A stretch of 64,000 nucleotides of DNA from a virus. This document shows positions 22,897 to 32,900 of this stretch, piece after piece. The notes below the pieces were generated by a model. It was given only the letters and a program-made list of their open reading frames with translations, ran no database searches and was not told the origin of the DNA. The stretch's first letter is position 1; every line of letters starts with the position of its first letter. The DNA is taken from IMG/VR virus record IMGVR_UViG_3300045988_138147; one strand, 5' to 3'. A program made the position numbers and the translations under genes.

Positions 22897-25800
22897 TTAC
22901 TCAATTAAATCCATACGTGTTATATACCAATGGTTGTTAAAGGCCTTCATCTCCAAAACATAAGGCCTTGCCATCTGAATTTCTGTCTTATTGTTATATG
23001 ATCCCGCCAGTCCGCAGAAATAGTTCGTAGCCTTGTACTTGTCCGGATTCTTAGCCACCCTTGATGTCATGTCTACTACAAACTCCAGTTTCAATCCGTT
23101 CCATGATGATGCGGGAGGAAGGGTTATGGTTCCGCCAAGACCATCAGCAGAAAAGAATGTAGATCCCTGAGTGGAAGGATTCACAGTCATGTTACCTTCC
23201 GAATCAGCCAGATTATCCATATCGCTTCCCGGTGAATAGAAGAGAGTGGCGGTGATTATACCTGTCACATTTGCCTTCGTGGAAACAAATTCACCCAGTT
23301 CATTCACCCGGTACGGAGCACTGCCCGGAACACCACCGCCAGCCCATATCCTTACAGGTGTCGTACCGGCTTCCTTGCTGCTTCCTCCTGTAAGACCGGC
23401 TACAACATTGTTATTTGAGTCCTTTATTATCAGTTCATTGCCTTGGACGAAATCAAGACTGGCGTTCTTGGCAATAATAAGACTGGTATAGATAGGACCA
23501 ACATTACTTAATTCCGTCCAGTAGGTAGTGTTGGTATAGGTTATAGAAGACGAAGATGTATGTGTTTTAATACACTTATAAACATCCCATCCGTCCACCA
23601 CACTATTGTTTCTCACCATTACGATATCAATATACCGCGTGCCGCTTGTAAGGGCTTCGTCATTTCTGTACGTTACCCCGGTTGTCCATTCGGAATCCCG
23701 TATGATACAGCCCTGTATTCCTTGTACGCCCTGATCTCCCTTATCTCCTTTGTCCCCCTTTTCACCATCATCACCCTTGTCGCCTTTTTCTCCGGTATCG
23801 CCCTTCTCAGCCCATACGTCATATTCGGCTGTATTCACTTCACCCGTCAAGCAGTATCCGCCATCGCTGAACGTGAACCGGTTGCCGGCATTATCCGTCC
23901 AACACCACAAGGGAGGATTCGTAGTGGATGCCTTGGCTACATAAGAGCCACCACCCATCGAAACGACACCCATCTTGGGAACGACCATTCCGGTCTTGAA
24001 CTGCCCCATTTGGGTGTAACCCTGTCCATCCACGCCATCCTGAATCATCGGCACGCTCTCTATATCAACCAATACACCTTTCGCATCATAGAATGAAAAT
24101 ATGATTTTGGAAGAAATGGATGAAGAAGGAATAGAGGCACCATTACTGGTACTGATTTCAGAACCGTTATCTATGGCGTATTTCAAGGTTCCATCCGTAG
24201 TGACTTCCGAAACACCGCCAACTGTTTTCATCCTCGTTGCAGAAATCCCGGAAACGGAATACGTACCGTCTTTCTTCTTCACAATATTGCTCGCCGAAGT
24301 GACCAGACTATACAATACCGCATTCTTACCGCCACGTACACCGGCAAGCGTGAACTTGAGTACACGTGACTGTTCCACACCGTCAGCCATAGCCTTCACG
24401 GTAATTGATATCTCAGTACGGTCAGCAAGAGCCGTTCCTTTCGCTACAGATAATGTAATATCACCCGTAGACAAGTCATAAGAGGATGTTACACCTGTCA
24501 CGCTCTGCACGGATATGGAGGAAAGGGAAAGCTTTGTTGCTCCGTTCCACATGGATGCTGTTGTCGTAATTGACACCTCATCCACAGTTTTCCCATTTTC
24601 GTCCAATGCAGCATTATCCATCTGGTTATCCAAGTCGGCACTGATCGCATTGAACGAATGGTTAGCCCACGGTTCGGGAGTAGAGAAAGCACCCCATATA
24701 CCGTCCTTCTTCGTTCTTTTGCTTACCCATTCATAGGGTATGCTTGCCGACACGCCTACAGGATCATCATTCCAGCCGGAAGGCACATAATCGTCAGTCT
24801 GTGATGTTTCCGGAGTGGAAGGTCTTGTATTCGTCGTGGTGTTCGTGAAGATAAACTCATGATCTTTCGCATCCCTTCCGTCTTTTCCGCTTTGGACAAG
24901 AAGTTCATATTCATCGGTATTTATCTCTCCTGTAAGACAATAACCGCCATCGCTGAACGTAAACCGGTTGCCGGCATTGTCCGTCCAGCACCATAAGGGA
25001 GGATTTGTAGTGGCTACCTTGGAAAGGAATGAACTTCCTCCCATTGTAACGATACTCATTTTGGGAACAACCAAGCCGGAATACCACGGACCGCTATTGG
25101 TCACGCTCACACCGTCCTTTCCCGGTGCTCCCGGTGTTCCCGTATCACCTTTAGACGCAATTTCCAGCCAGTCGCCATTAGATCCCGGTACAGAGGACGA
25201 ACCATCCTCATTGATACACGCCCACATGCTTCCGTTATAAGACAAGCTGTCGTAGTAATCGTAATGTACGCCAGGTATATAGCCTTCCTCACGGAAATTC
25301 AAAGTCTGCACAGGTGTTCCATCCGGCTTTATCTGCTTGATGATACCTGTCATATATATATTATTCAGATACATGGAATAACCGTCCATGTTCAGTCCGA
25401 ATATATTCAGATTGGAAAGGTCGCCATATTGTAGGGCAACATTGGCGGCGGAGATCTCCCATGTATTCTGTTTCCACAACATACGGGTGTAAGTCCTTGT
25501 TTCGTAGACTGAGGTCTGGCGCTCCGTATTAGTGAAACTGCCGTATGCCACGAAAGTCATCATCTCAAAAGGATCGAAAGAAGAAGACCACGATGAAGAA
25601 GTGGGGCGCAACTGGTACTTGAATGTTTCGTTTCTTTCACCTGTAACTTCCGTAACCGTGAAATAGACTGTACAGAATCCGGCAAAACGTCTGTTGCCCT
25701 TTCCATCGTCGTAATCCTCCGTAGCGTTCCCGGTGATGTTATGATAGATACCCATACAGATATCTCCTACTGCGACAGCACCAATCTCACCATCTTCCAG

Positions 25801-26481
25801 CTTAAGTGTACATGTCTTGGTCCCTGTATCTACCGTTTCTATAATGCCGGCTCCGGGCGCACGCCACTTGTCGCCCAGCGTGACCATCACACGATTGTAT
25901 CTTAATTCGGGAACTTCGAGAAACCGGCGGATAAACATGCTCTCAAACTCCCCATGCCCTGTATCGAATATCTTGGCTCCGAATCCGGTTAAGCCGCTTG
26001 CAAAACCATTCTTTCCGAAAACAGCACCGGCAAACATACTGAGAAGAAATTTAGTGGAATCCGCCACGTCCTTCCGCAAGAATATCTCTTTCAGCTTCTC
26101 CGCACTGTTCTCTATCTCAGTCATTACACGCAACGCGCTCATCACATCTTCATCGGTGTAGGTGATATCTTCGTCACCCTGCTTTACGATGCGGTTTATC
26201 AGGTTTCCTGCTATCTTAAGCCCCTTAAGGTAATTAATGATCCCTTGCGCATCATCATCGTTCAATGCGGATAAGAACCAGTTTTGTACAGGTGTGTCCT
26301 CATCCAGCGTATATGCGGAATTGGCATGATCGGCATTGGTGACATCACCGCCGCCACCACTGCCGCCACCGCCGTTCTGCTTTATCTCTTCAACCTCAAT
26401 GGAGATCTTGCTAAAGTTGCTGTTGATGCGGTCTGCCGTTTCGCTCCAAGTTCCTGTTTTGTTTATTGTATTAAGCTCCAT
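22897..26481 (-). CDS. collagen-like tail fibre protein (likely start MELNTINK at 26481; the track extends to 26511)
   Basis: G-X-Y runs GDTGEKGDKGDDGEKGDKGDKGDQGVQGIQG and GDTGTPGAPGKDG. N-terminal module shared with 29577..29915. Carries an internal ~60-aa duplication. Confidence 0.85.
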   Translation of the reverse strand: MELNTINKTGTWSETADRINSNFSKISIEVEEIKQNGGGGSGGGGDVTNADHANSAYTLDEDTPVQNWFLSALNDDDAQGIINYLKGLKIAGNLINRIVKQGDEDITYTDEDVMSALRVMTEIENSAEKLKEIFLRKDVADSTKFLLSMFAGAVFGKNGFASGLTGFGAKIFDTGHGEFESMFIRRFLEVPELRYNRVMVTLGDKWRAPGAGIIETVDTGTKTCTLKLEDGEIGAVAVGDICMGIYHNITGNATEDYDDGKGNRRFAGFCTVYFTVTEVTGERNETFKYQLRPTSSSWSSSFDPFEMMTFVAYGSFTNTERQTSVYETRTYTRMLWKQNTWEISAANVALQYGDLSNLNIFGLNMDGYSMYLNNIYMTGIIKQIKPDGTPVQTLNFREEGYIPGVHYDYYDSLSYNGSMWACINEDGSSSVPGSNGDWLEIASKGDTGTPGAPGKDGVSVTNSGPWYSGLVVPKMSIVTMGGSSFLSKVATTNPPLWCWTDNAGNRFTFSDGGYCLTGEINTDEYELLVQSGKDGRDAKDHEFIFTNTTTNTRPSTPETSQTDDYVPSGWNDDPVGVSASIPYEWVSKRTKKDGIWGAFSTPEPWANHSFNAISADLDNQMDNAALDENGKTVDEVSITTTASMWNGATKLSLSSISVQSVTGVTSSYDLSTGDITLSVAKGTALADRTEISITVKAMADGVEQSRVLKFTLAGVRGGKNAVLYSLVTSASNIVKKKDGTYSVSGISATRMKTVGGVSEVTTDGTLKYAIDNGSEISTSNGASIPSSSISSKIIFSFYDAKGVLVDIESVPMIQDGVDGQGYTQMGQFKTGMVVPKMGVVSMGGGSYVAKASTTNPPLWCWTDNAGNRFTFSDGGYCLTGEVNTAEYDVWAEKGDTGEKGDKGDDGEKGDKGDKGDQGVQGIQGCIIRDSEWTTGVTYRNDEALTSGTRYIDIVMVRNNSVVDGWDVYKCIKTHTSSSSITYTNTTYWTELSNVGPIYTSLIIAKNASLDFVQGNELIIKDSNNNVVAGLTGGSSKEAGTTPVRIWAGGGVPGSAPYRVNELGEFVSTKANVTGIITATLFYSPGSDMDNLADSEGNMTVNPSTQGSTFFSADGLGGTITLPPASSWNGLKLEFVVDMTSRVAKNPDKYKATNYFCGLAGSYNNKTEIQMARPYVLEMKAFNNHWYITRMDLIE
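23818..23995. repeat. internal duplication, copy 2 (VVPKMGVVSMGGGSYVAKASTTNPPLWCWTDNAGNRFTFSDGGYCLTGEVNTAEY)
   Basis: Aligned by eye with 24905..25080. Long identical runs (ccatcgctgaacgt, aaccggttgccggcatt). Confidence 0.8.
24905..25080. repeat. internal duplication, copy 1 (VVPKMSIVTMGGSSFLSKVATTNPPLWCWTDNAGNRFTFSDGGYCLTGEINTDEY)
   Basis: See copy 2. Confidence 0.8.
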
Positions 26482-26614
26482 ATATTCTGTTCTACTTTTA
26501 CCATTCCGCATCCGGATGTACTTCTACGGACAGATGGTTCATTATTCTGATGATTAATTCTCGTATCATAAATATATGTTTTGAGTGTTACTGATAACTT
26601 TCCGGGTTACTCTA

Positions 26615-29032
26615 TTACATCGAAGCAATTCCCTCAACCGATATGGTCACATTCTCCATTATATTCTTCACTGTATAAATATCAAGTCCGGGAGCTGATA
26701 AAGTGCTGTCTTTGGCAACAGAGCTTCCATTAGCCTTTACGCTAGCCGAGTTACCATCGTATCCCTCCTGTATGGTCAGCTTTACACTAAACTCCCCACC
26801 TTCAGAAACGGGAGACACGCTGTTATTATATGCTTCAAGCTGATAGCCGTTTCCCTGCTGCATTGTAACAGTATATGTACGTGTGGAAGCCGCCATAGCC
26901 TCAATGTCTGCGACAGGAGTCATTTCCATCATTCGGGCAATTATTTCACGGGCGATCCTTTCATAGTAAGGTATGCCTCCGTGTGTCGGGTCAATGATGG
27001 TATTATCAGTATAATGGCTGTAAAACCAAGTCTTGTTCATATCATTGATACCGGTCTGCAATTTGGATTCAACGTATTTGATCCCCCACAGATTCAGAAC
27101 CTTGATCATGTCAGCGGAAATATTGTTTACCGCGGTAGAAGTTTCACACACGTGAGGAGGTAAGACAAACAGGATATTGATGTTACGTGCGACAGGCACC
27201 TGATTAATTCCGGTGTAATTCACCTCATCATAGTATCCTTTCACTTTCATATATCTGTAGTATAATTTGGACAAGAGCACATTGATCGCTCCGCAAAGTG
27301 TGTTTGTATCATGGTTTGACATGGAGATATCTCCCAATGTGTAGCCGCCTCTGTCGTTGGTTCCTCCTGCGACATTTATCAATACTGCATCTTCTGCGAG
27401 AGCATTGATACGGATATCCTGCCAGAAAGCATTACCATTTGAGCCGCTGATACGCGTTCCTCCGATTCCGTGCCATTGTGACATCGTACCTAACATCCGG
27501 TCTATAAAAAACTGGTATCCGGGATTCTGAGAGATGCTGTCCCCCAATGTATCAGTAATCTTGCCGGTCCACCATGTTCTGATATCCCAGTTACGGACTA
27601 TCCGGTAAAGATACAGATAGTCAGTCGGCACAGTCTGTTTCACATGACTGATATACGGTGTCCTGTCTCCACCTCCGCCCAGTTTTACCATCAAATCACC
27701 TGTCTTGTTATTAATGTGGAACTCAAACCGTATCTTAGAGGTTCCTTTACGGGCTGCGAACATAAGATAAGGGGAACTACCACCTTGTGTGTTCAGTTCC
27801 CGTTTCGGAATATATGTACCATCATCTGTATAACAATATATATGTCCTGATGTAACACCCTGAACGGAAATGACTCCTTCTGATGGACAGTCTATAAAAT
27901 CCGTGATACGGTATGAGGGATTGGATACAACCGCACCGGTTGACGCGTCAAGATACGCATTGGTCAGATTGCCGTTAAACAGATTGTATGTTTTTGTTTC
28001 AGCGAGTGACAGGCTCTCACCCATCTTCTCCCACTGTGCATTCTTTCTGCCATAAATACGGTCATCCACTGGCGCTTCTTCCACCGCATTGATTTCTTTC
28101 AGCAGATCGGGATTTTTAATCCAATACTCCGCAGAATTGGAAGGGGAGTCGTTGGTCACAACCAAAGAGGACACATTACTGGTTATAATCATGTTGACCT
28201 CTTCCATGTTTGCTATATCCACATAATCCGCAATCTGGAAATAGGATGCCGGAAGTCCCATGCCCGTCTGCGTCTTGAACGAACCGGTGGTTATTATAGC
28301 ACCCTTATAATCCAGAATAAAAAATGTCACGCTATAATATTGGTTTGCCCAAATTTTATCGGTATTCTTTACCTTAAATATCGGATAAATGGCCCATCCA
28401 TCAGAATTCTGCATATAGCCGGTAGCGCCTTTTATAAACCGCACATTCAGTAGTGCGTTTTCCATATCAAGCATGGAATTTCCTCTCACTCTATAATCAC
28501 TCAGAACATTGACCGGAAGATCGTACTCCTTGTTCCAGTAATTGACAAGGTTCTCAAGAAATATTTTACCACCATTCTTGGCAAAACACATTGAAACCTT
28601 GTTATACACGAGTTTGGTATTCAGAGTGAATGAGTACGTTCCAATTCCTGTATTATAACTGAAGCCTCCTGTATCATCATCTATATATGCCAACGCCGTA
28701 GGGGTGTTACCCGTATTCTTCAAAATATCCTTGAATAGAATAAACGCCGGACTGTCCTCCCTACTGACCTCAATACAAAGATAATCACTGTCATTTACAT
28801 ATTCTTTTGTTCCGGCAATAATCTTGACGTTATCTCTTATCACAATCTTGTCGTACAACGTTGTGGAATTATCAACAAGTTTCATCACATAATTAGAAAG
28901 GGAGTCATTTGGAGCTAATTCAGCTAGTTCCATAGCCAGACTCTTTCGTGTATTGGAGTTGACCACCGCATCATAGATGGTAGCCGGGAATATGGTTTGT
29001 CCACCCTTGGTCAGTTTATGCATTTTTACCAT
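26615..29032 (-). CDS. tail fibre/spike protein with SGNH (GDSL) esterase domain
   Basis: KITDTLGDSISQN (block I GDS), VAGGTNDRGG (block III GxND), IIDPTHGG (block V DxxH). N-terminus KLTKGGQTIFPATIYDAV is fibre-like. Confidence 0.75.
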   Translation of the reverse strand: MVKMHKLTKGGQTIFPATIYDAVVNSNTRKSLAMELAELAPNDSLSNYVMKLVDNSTTLYDKIVIRDNVKIIAGTKEYVNDSDYLCIEVSREDSPAFILFKDILKNTGNTPTALAYIDDDTGGFSYNTGIGTYSFTLNTKLVYNKVSMCFAKNGGKIFLENLVNYWNKEYDLPVNVLSDYRVRGNSMLDMENALLNVRFIKGATGYMQNSDGWAIYPIFKVKNTDKIWANQYYSVTFFILDYKGAIITTGSFKTQTGMGLPASYFQIADYVDIANMEEVNMIITSNVSSLVVTNDSPSNSAEYWIKNPDLLKEINAVEEAPVDDRIYGRKNAQWEKMGESLSLAETKTYNLFNGNLTNAYLDASTGAVVSNPSYRITDFIDCPSEGVISVQGVTSGHIYCYTDDGTYIPKRELNTQGGSSPYLMFAARKGTSKIRFEFHINNKTGDLMVKLGGGGDRTPYISHVKQTVPTDYLYLYRIVRNWDIRTWWTGKITDTLGDSISQNPGYQFFIDRMLGTMSQWHGIGGTRISGSNGNAFWQDIRINALAEDAVLINVAGGTNDRGGYTLGDISMSNHDTNTLCGAINVLLSKLYYRYMKVKGYYDEVNYTGINQVPVARNINILFVLPPHVCETSTAVNNISADMIKVLNLWGIKYVESKLQTGINDMNKTWFYSHYTDNTIIDPTHGGIPYYERIAREIIARMMEMTPVADIEAMAASTRTYTVTMQQGNGYQLEAYNNSVSPVSEGGEFSVKLTIQEGYDGNSASVKANGSSVAKDSTLSAPGLDIYTVKNIMENVTISVEGIASM

Positions 29033-29115
29033 AATATCTCCTGTTATTAGCCTAAGTTCCGGGGGAACTTAAGCTATTATTATTTTATGTAACTATTTAT
29101 TTAACTATTAAATCA

Positions 29116-29571
29116 TTATTTCTCTTCCGGTGGCAGAGGAGGTACAAAATCACTCAGCACATCATCATACTCCCTCTCTGACAGAGGGACGCTCTGCACC
29201 GCATTGTATGCGGCATAATCCGGATAGGACATGATCTCCGCCGTGCTCTCATCCGTCTTTCCGGCAACGAGGATAACACCTGTATTCTCCACCGATACAA
29301 GATTGCAGATGCCATCGGCAAAATCAGCATCGGAAAGATAGTATTCGCGTTTGACCGACAGAGCACCGGGACGTAGTCCATGCCTGTCAAAAATGACCAA
29401 CAGACCACCATCATCAAGCCTGCGGCAGTTCTTGTACCCGTGCCCGTCAAACTCCGCAACGACACACCCCGACAGGACTGTGCGGTAAGTAAATCGGAAG
29501 GGAGTATTTATATCTCCATTCAGGCTCTTCTCTATGATTTTAAAATCGGACTGATAATTAATTCTTATCAT
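29116..29571 (-). CDS. hypothetical virion-module protein (151 aa)
   Basis: ORF track. The overlapping 29154..29465 frame is judged a shadow ORF. Confidence 0.6.
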   Translation of the reverse strand: MIRINYQSDFKIIEKSLNGDINTPFRFTYRTVLSGCVVAEFDGHGYKNCRRLDDGGLLVIFDRHGLRPGALSVKREYYLSDADFADGICNLVSVENTGVILVAGKTDESTAEIMSYPDYAAYNAVQSVPLSEREYDDVLSDFVPPLPPEEK

Positions 29572-29576
29572 AACTC

Positions 29577-29915
29577 TTATAATATTGATGTTACATCGTT
29601 TATCTCCTCGGCTGTCAGGTATCCGTTCAAGTCAACACTTCCGCCACCTCCTGTCGTGCCTGTAGGACTCCATTTCCCCTTTATCTTGCATTCATATATA
29701 GGGCCCGGTATGGTATCCCCCACAATAGCCCAGTCACCCACAACAGGAGATGGAACAGCCTCTTCCAGCAATTTAAGACTAGAGAACAAGCCTTTGTTGC
29801 GGATGCCGTTCTGCTTGACCTTCTCCACTTCGGCGGACGTCTTGCTAAAGTTGTTGTTAAGACGGTCTGCCGCTTCGCTCCAAGTTCCCGTTTTGTTAAT
29901 ACTATTCAGTTCCAT
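29577..29915 (-). CDS. short fibre-anchor protein sharing the N-terminal module of the collagen-like fibre
   Basis: MELNSINKTGTWSEAADRLNNNFSKTSAEVEKVKQNG versus MELNTINKTGTWSETADRINSNFSKISIEVEEIKQNG. Confidence 0.7.
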   Translation of the reverse strand: MELNSINKTGTWSEAADRLNNNFSKTSAEVEKVKQNGIRNKGLFSSLKLLEEAVPSPVVGDWAIVGDTIPGPIYECKIKGKWSPTGTTGGGGSVDLNGYLTAEEINDVTSIL

Positions 29916-29916
29916 A

Positions 29917-32900
29917 TCACTTCTTTACTTTTAAAGTCCCGTTTGTCACGACTCCTTCTACTGTCTCATATTCCACATATACCTGACCTGACGAAACATC
30001 ATCTTTCCCCGGCCAATTACTGCAATCAATATTGGCCACATGCTTATACACATTCACCCCGTTGTATATCGGTTTCATCCCGACCAGCAGCATTTCGCCG
30101 TTGGAACCATAAAAGGATACGTTATTGGGATTAAGAATAATATCCGTATTTTCTACATAATTCTGTATTCTGATACGTTCCGGATATACAGTCGTTTCTT
30201 GTATCAATTGGTCTCCTACATATTTCCGTAGAATCAAATCACCATACTCCCATCCGTCTGATGATGTGTCGAACCTTAATATCAAGGTGGCATGTCCTTC
30301 AGTCGTGTACATTTCAAGAGTGTTTTTATCCGGATCAATGACAATGCGTTTCCCGTCAACAGATGTTTCTACTTTTCCGCGGAAAAATCCGCCCAAGGCT
30401 TCAACCACACCTCTGAACTTACCACCCAAGGCATAAATATAGCCACGAAGGAACGTATCGCCACCATGAGTGGCAACAAAGTTCGCCATATTCGCCCATT
30501 CCGTATCTGTGGGCTGGTAATCGGGGTCATTACGAAACTTCATTACGGTTAATATAGCCTGTTGAAGCGTGCCACCTGCCCAAAATGCCACATCATCATC
30601 ATCATTGTATATGCCGCTAACTCCGGCTGTGACCTTCTGCATCTTACCATCCTTGTAGTTGCCTAGTTGGATCATATTGGCAAGAATCAGACCACCAAGA
30701 ATATCCACAGAACCATCCTTGATCGCGCTGGCGATATAATTGATTGACTGAAAACCGGCTGTTGCCTTGTCGTTATCCAAAATGGACGGTTTCCAGTCTG
30801 TAGCGATGGTCCCTCTTTCTAACTGAAGGTCACAAACGGTTGCGGTACCACTGATGAGAAATATACCACTGCCATTGAAGGTAATCTTATGGGTATATCT
30901 TTGATAAGAGGATGTGAGAGGCTGAGTTGTGCTGAAATCACCGCACGAAACAGACACAGACGTACCTTTTGCTTTATAACTGATAACATAACTTTCCCCT
31001 TTGATTAATGATACGGACTGGGACAAACTACCGATTGCAGCAGAGTACCCGGAGCCGGCATCACTGTCCGCAGATACGGTAGCCACTCCCGTCCAATATT
31101 CCAGTTGCTTGCTAAAAAGTTCGGTATCCGCCGATAGCTCGGTAGCGGCAGACAGGTCCTCTGTCTCATAATCTCCGGTAAACCCGGAATTGCGCAACAG
31201 ATTGACACTTCCGACAGCCGCATTGTCTATCGCATCCTTGGCCTCTTGGGCAAGATCTGCGGCCGCCTGTATCTCATCCGGCAAGCCTTCCATGTTACGC
31301 CATCCGGTGGAACCCTGCTCGATATGAAACATACCCTTGATATCCACACCTTTATCCTGAGTGTATTCCATGTAAGTGGTCCGGTCCTTGTCGCCAATGT
31401 ACGTATCTCCGTACACCTTCATCCGGGCCTTGCCGGTAGATTTGTCAAAATCAAAAGAAATGACATCTTTCCCGGTCAAGGTAAAATCATTAATACCCTG
31501 ATACATGATGATGGACGGAGAAACTTCGTTCACCGAAGAGAGAATTATCGCCGCCTGTCGGGTGATATCGGTCTTATGGCCTAATCCCACGATATCATCA
31601 CCTGCCACCGGAACATCGTTCTCGACATTAGGATCACATACGGTCTTGGACAAGTCTATATAGTTCTCACCTACTGCTGTGACCAACCGCCAATAATAGC
31701 GGTTGCCGACATGATGAGAAACGCCTGTCTTGATATTGCACTCCTGAGCTATGGCAAGAGATCCCGGAGTAAACTGGTTCTCTATCTCAATTCCGTCTTC
31801 CTCTTCCTTGAAATAACAACGGTAGACATCATCCAACTCATCCACACGGTTGCATTTCATGCCTGCATGGGAAATCACCTGCTCGCCACCTACATACGTC
31901 TTCTTCTTTACTTCAAGCTCGTCAAAAACGGCTTTGACCTTGACATACAGATAATCAACAACAGCCTGTGACATACCGTTCTCAAGTACAGTAATTCCAC
32001 TACCGTTCTTACCAATCAAAAGACCTTTCAAAAAAGTGATCAGCTCATTAGCTGTGTCGTTATTTATCTTTGAGATAAAATAACGGGATATTCTGCCAAG
32101 AATATCTGACACGTTGAGAGAGACACCCATCCTCTCACCTATGATATCCCCGGCTATCTCTGTAATCGTACTTCTCAAAGCGGAAACATTGGCGGACAAC
32201 TTATCTGTTAGCTCCACGGATATATCATACAGGCAATTTTTATCCGCCTTACAAGTAAATGAGTTCACATACATGAAGTATTCCTTATCATTATACTTTA
32301 TGTATATACGCGAGTTCTCATTCAACAGACCAGCTAACATACTGTTTTCTGCAAGGAAGACACGTGAGAAACTTACGGAAAAAGAGAACTTCTCATCGTT
32401 GTTTTCAGACATATACTTTATCAACGCCTCATCTAATCTCTTCTCGGCGGCAAGCACAAGAGATTTCGGCATTTTAATACCTGTAATCACAAACTTATCC
32501 CCAACAGAAGGTTTATAGTTATTTGTGGCATTAGGCATAACAACCCCGAAAGTAGTATTGTCCTTTTTTACCGCAATCCAAACCTCATTTGTAGAAGTGT
32601 TTTGTTGGCTTTCTATATATTGGGATGTTTGTGAAGTAACCTTCTGTTCAAAATCTCCTGCTGGTAAGTTCCCGGAAGAATCCACCAATACAGGATTGAA
32701 TGCCCTTCCCGGCTCATTGTCCTTATAGGTAACTCCTATTTCAAACTCGCAAGCAGCACAATTACCCGTAGTCATATTGATTACAGCCGTACCACCTTCC
32801 AAACCTTGTTCGAACAGGTTAAAACCGTAATCCCCATTATATATATGTAATTTTATGTAGAAATAAGAATGTACATACTCATCCGTGCCATTGAATATAT

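Noticed and set aside
23818-25080. Diversity-generating retroelement (TR/VR pair) in the fibre gene
   Set aside because: No reverse transcriptase ORF lies in the window, and the mismatches between copies involve all bases rather than adenines only.
29053-29071. Palindrome TAAGTTCCgggGGAACTTA as a terminator
   Set aside because: There is no T-run on the coding (minus) strand. It may be a protein-binding site or a weak structure, but there is not enough support to call it.
29154-29465. 103-aa minus-strand ORF
   Set aside because: It lies out of frame within 29116..29571. Its Arg/Met/Cys-rich sequence is typical of an off-frame read in a GC-richer stretch.
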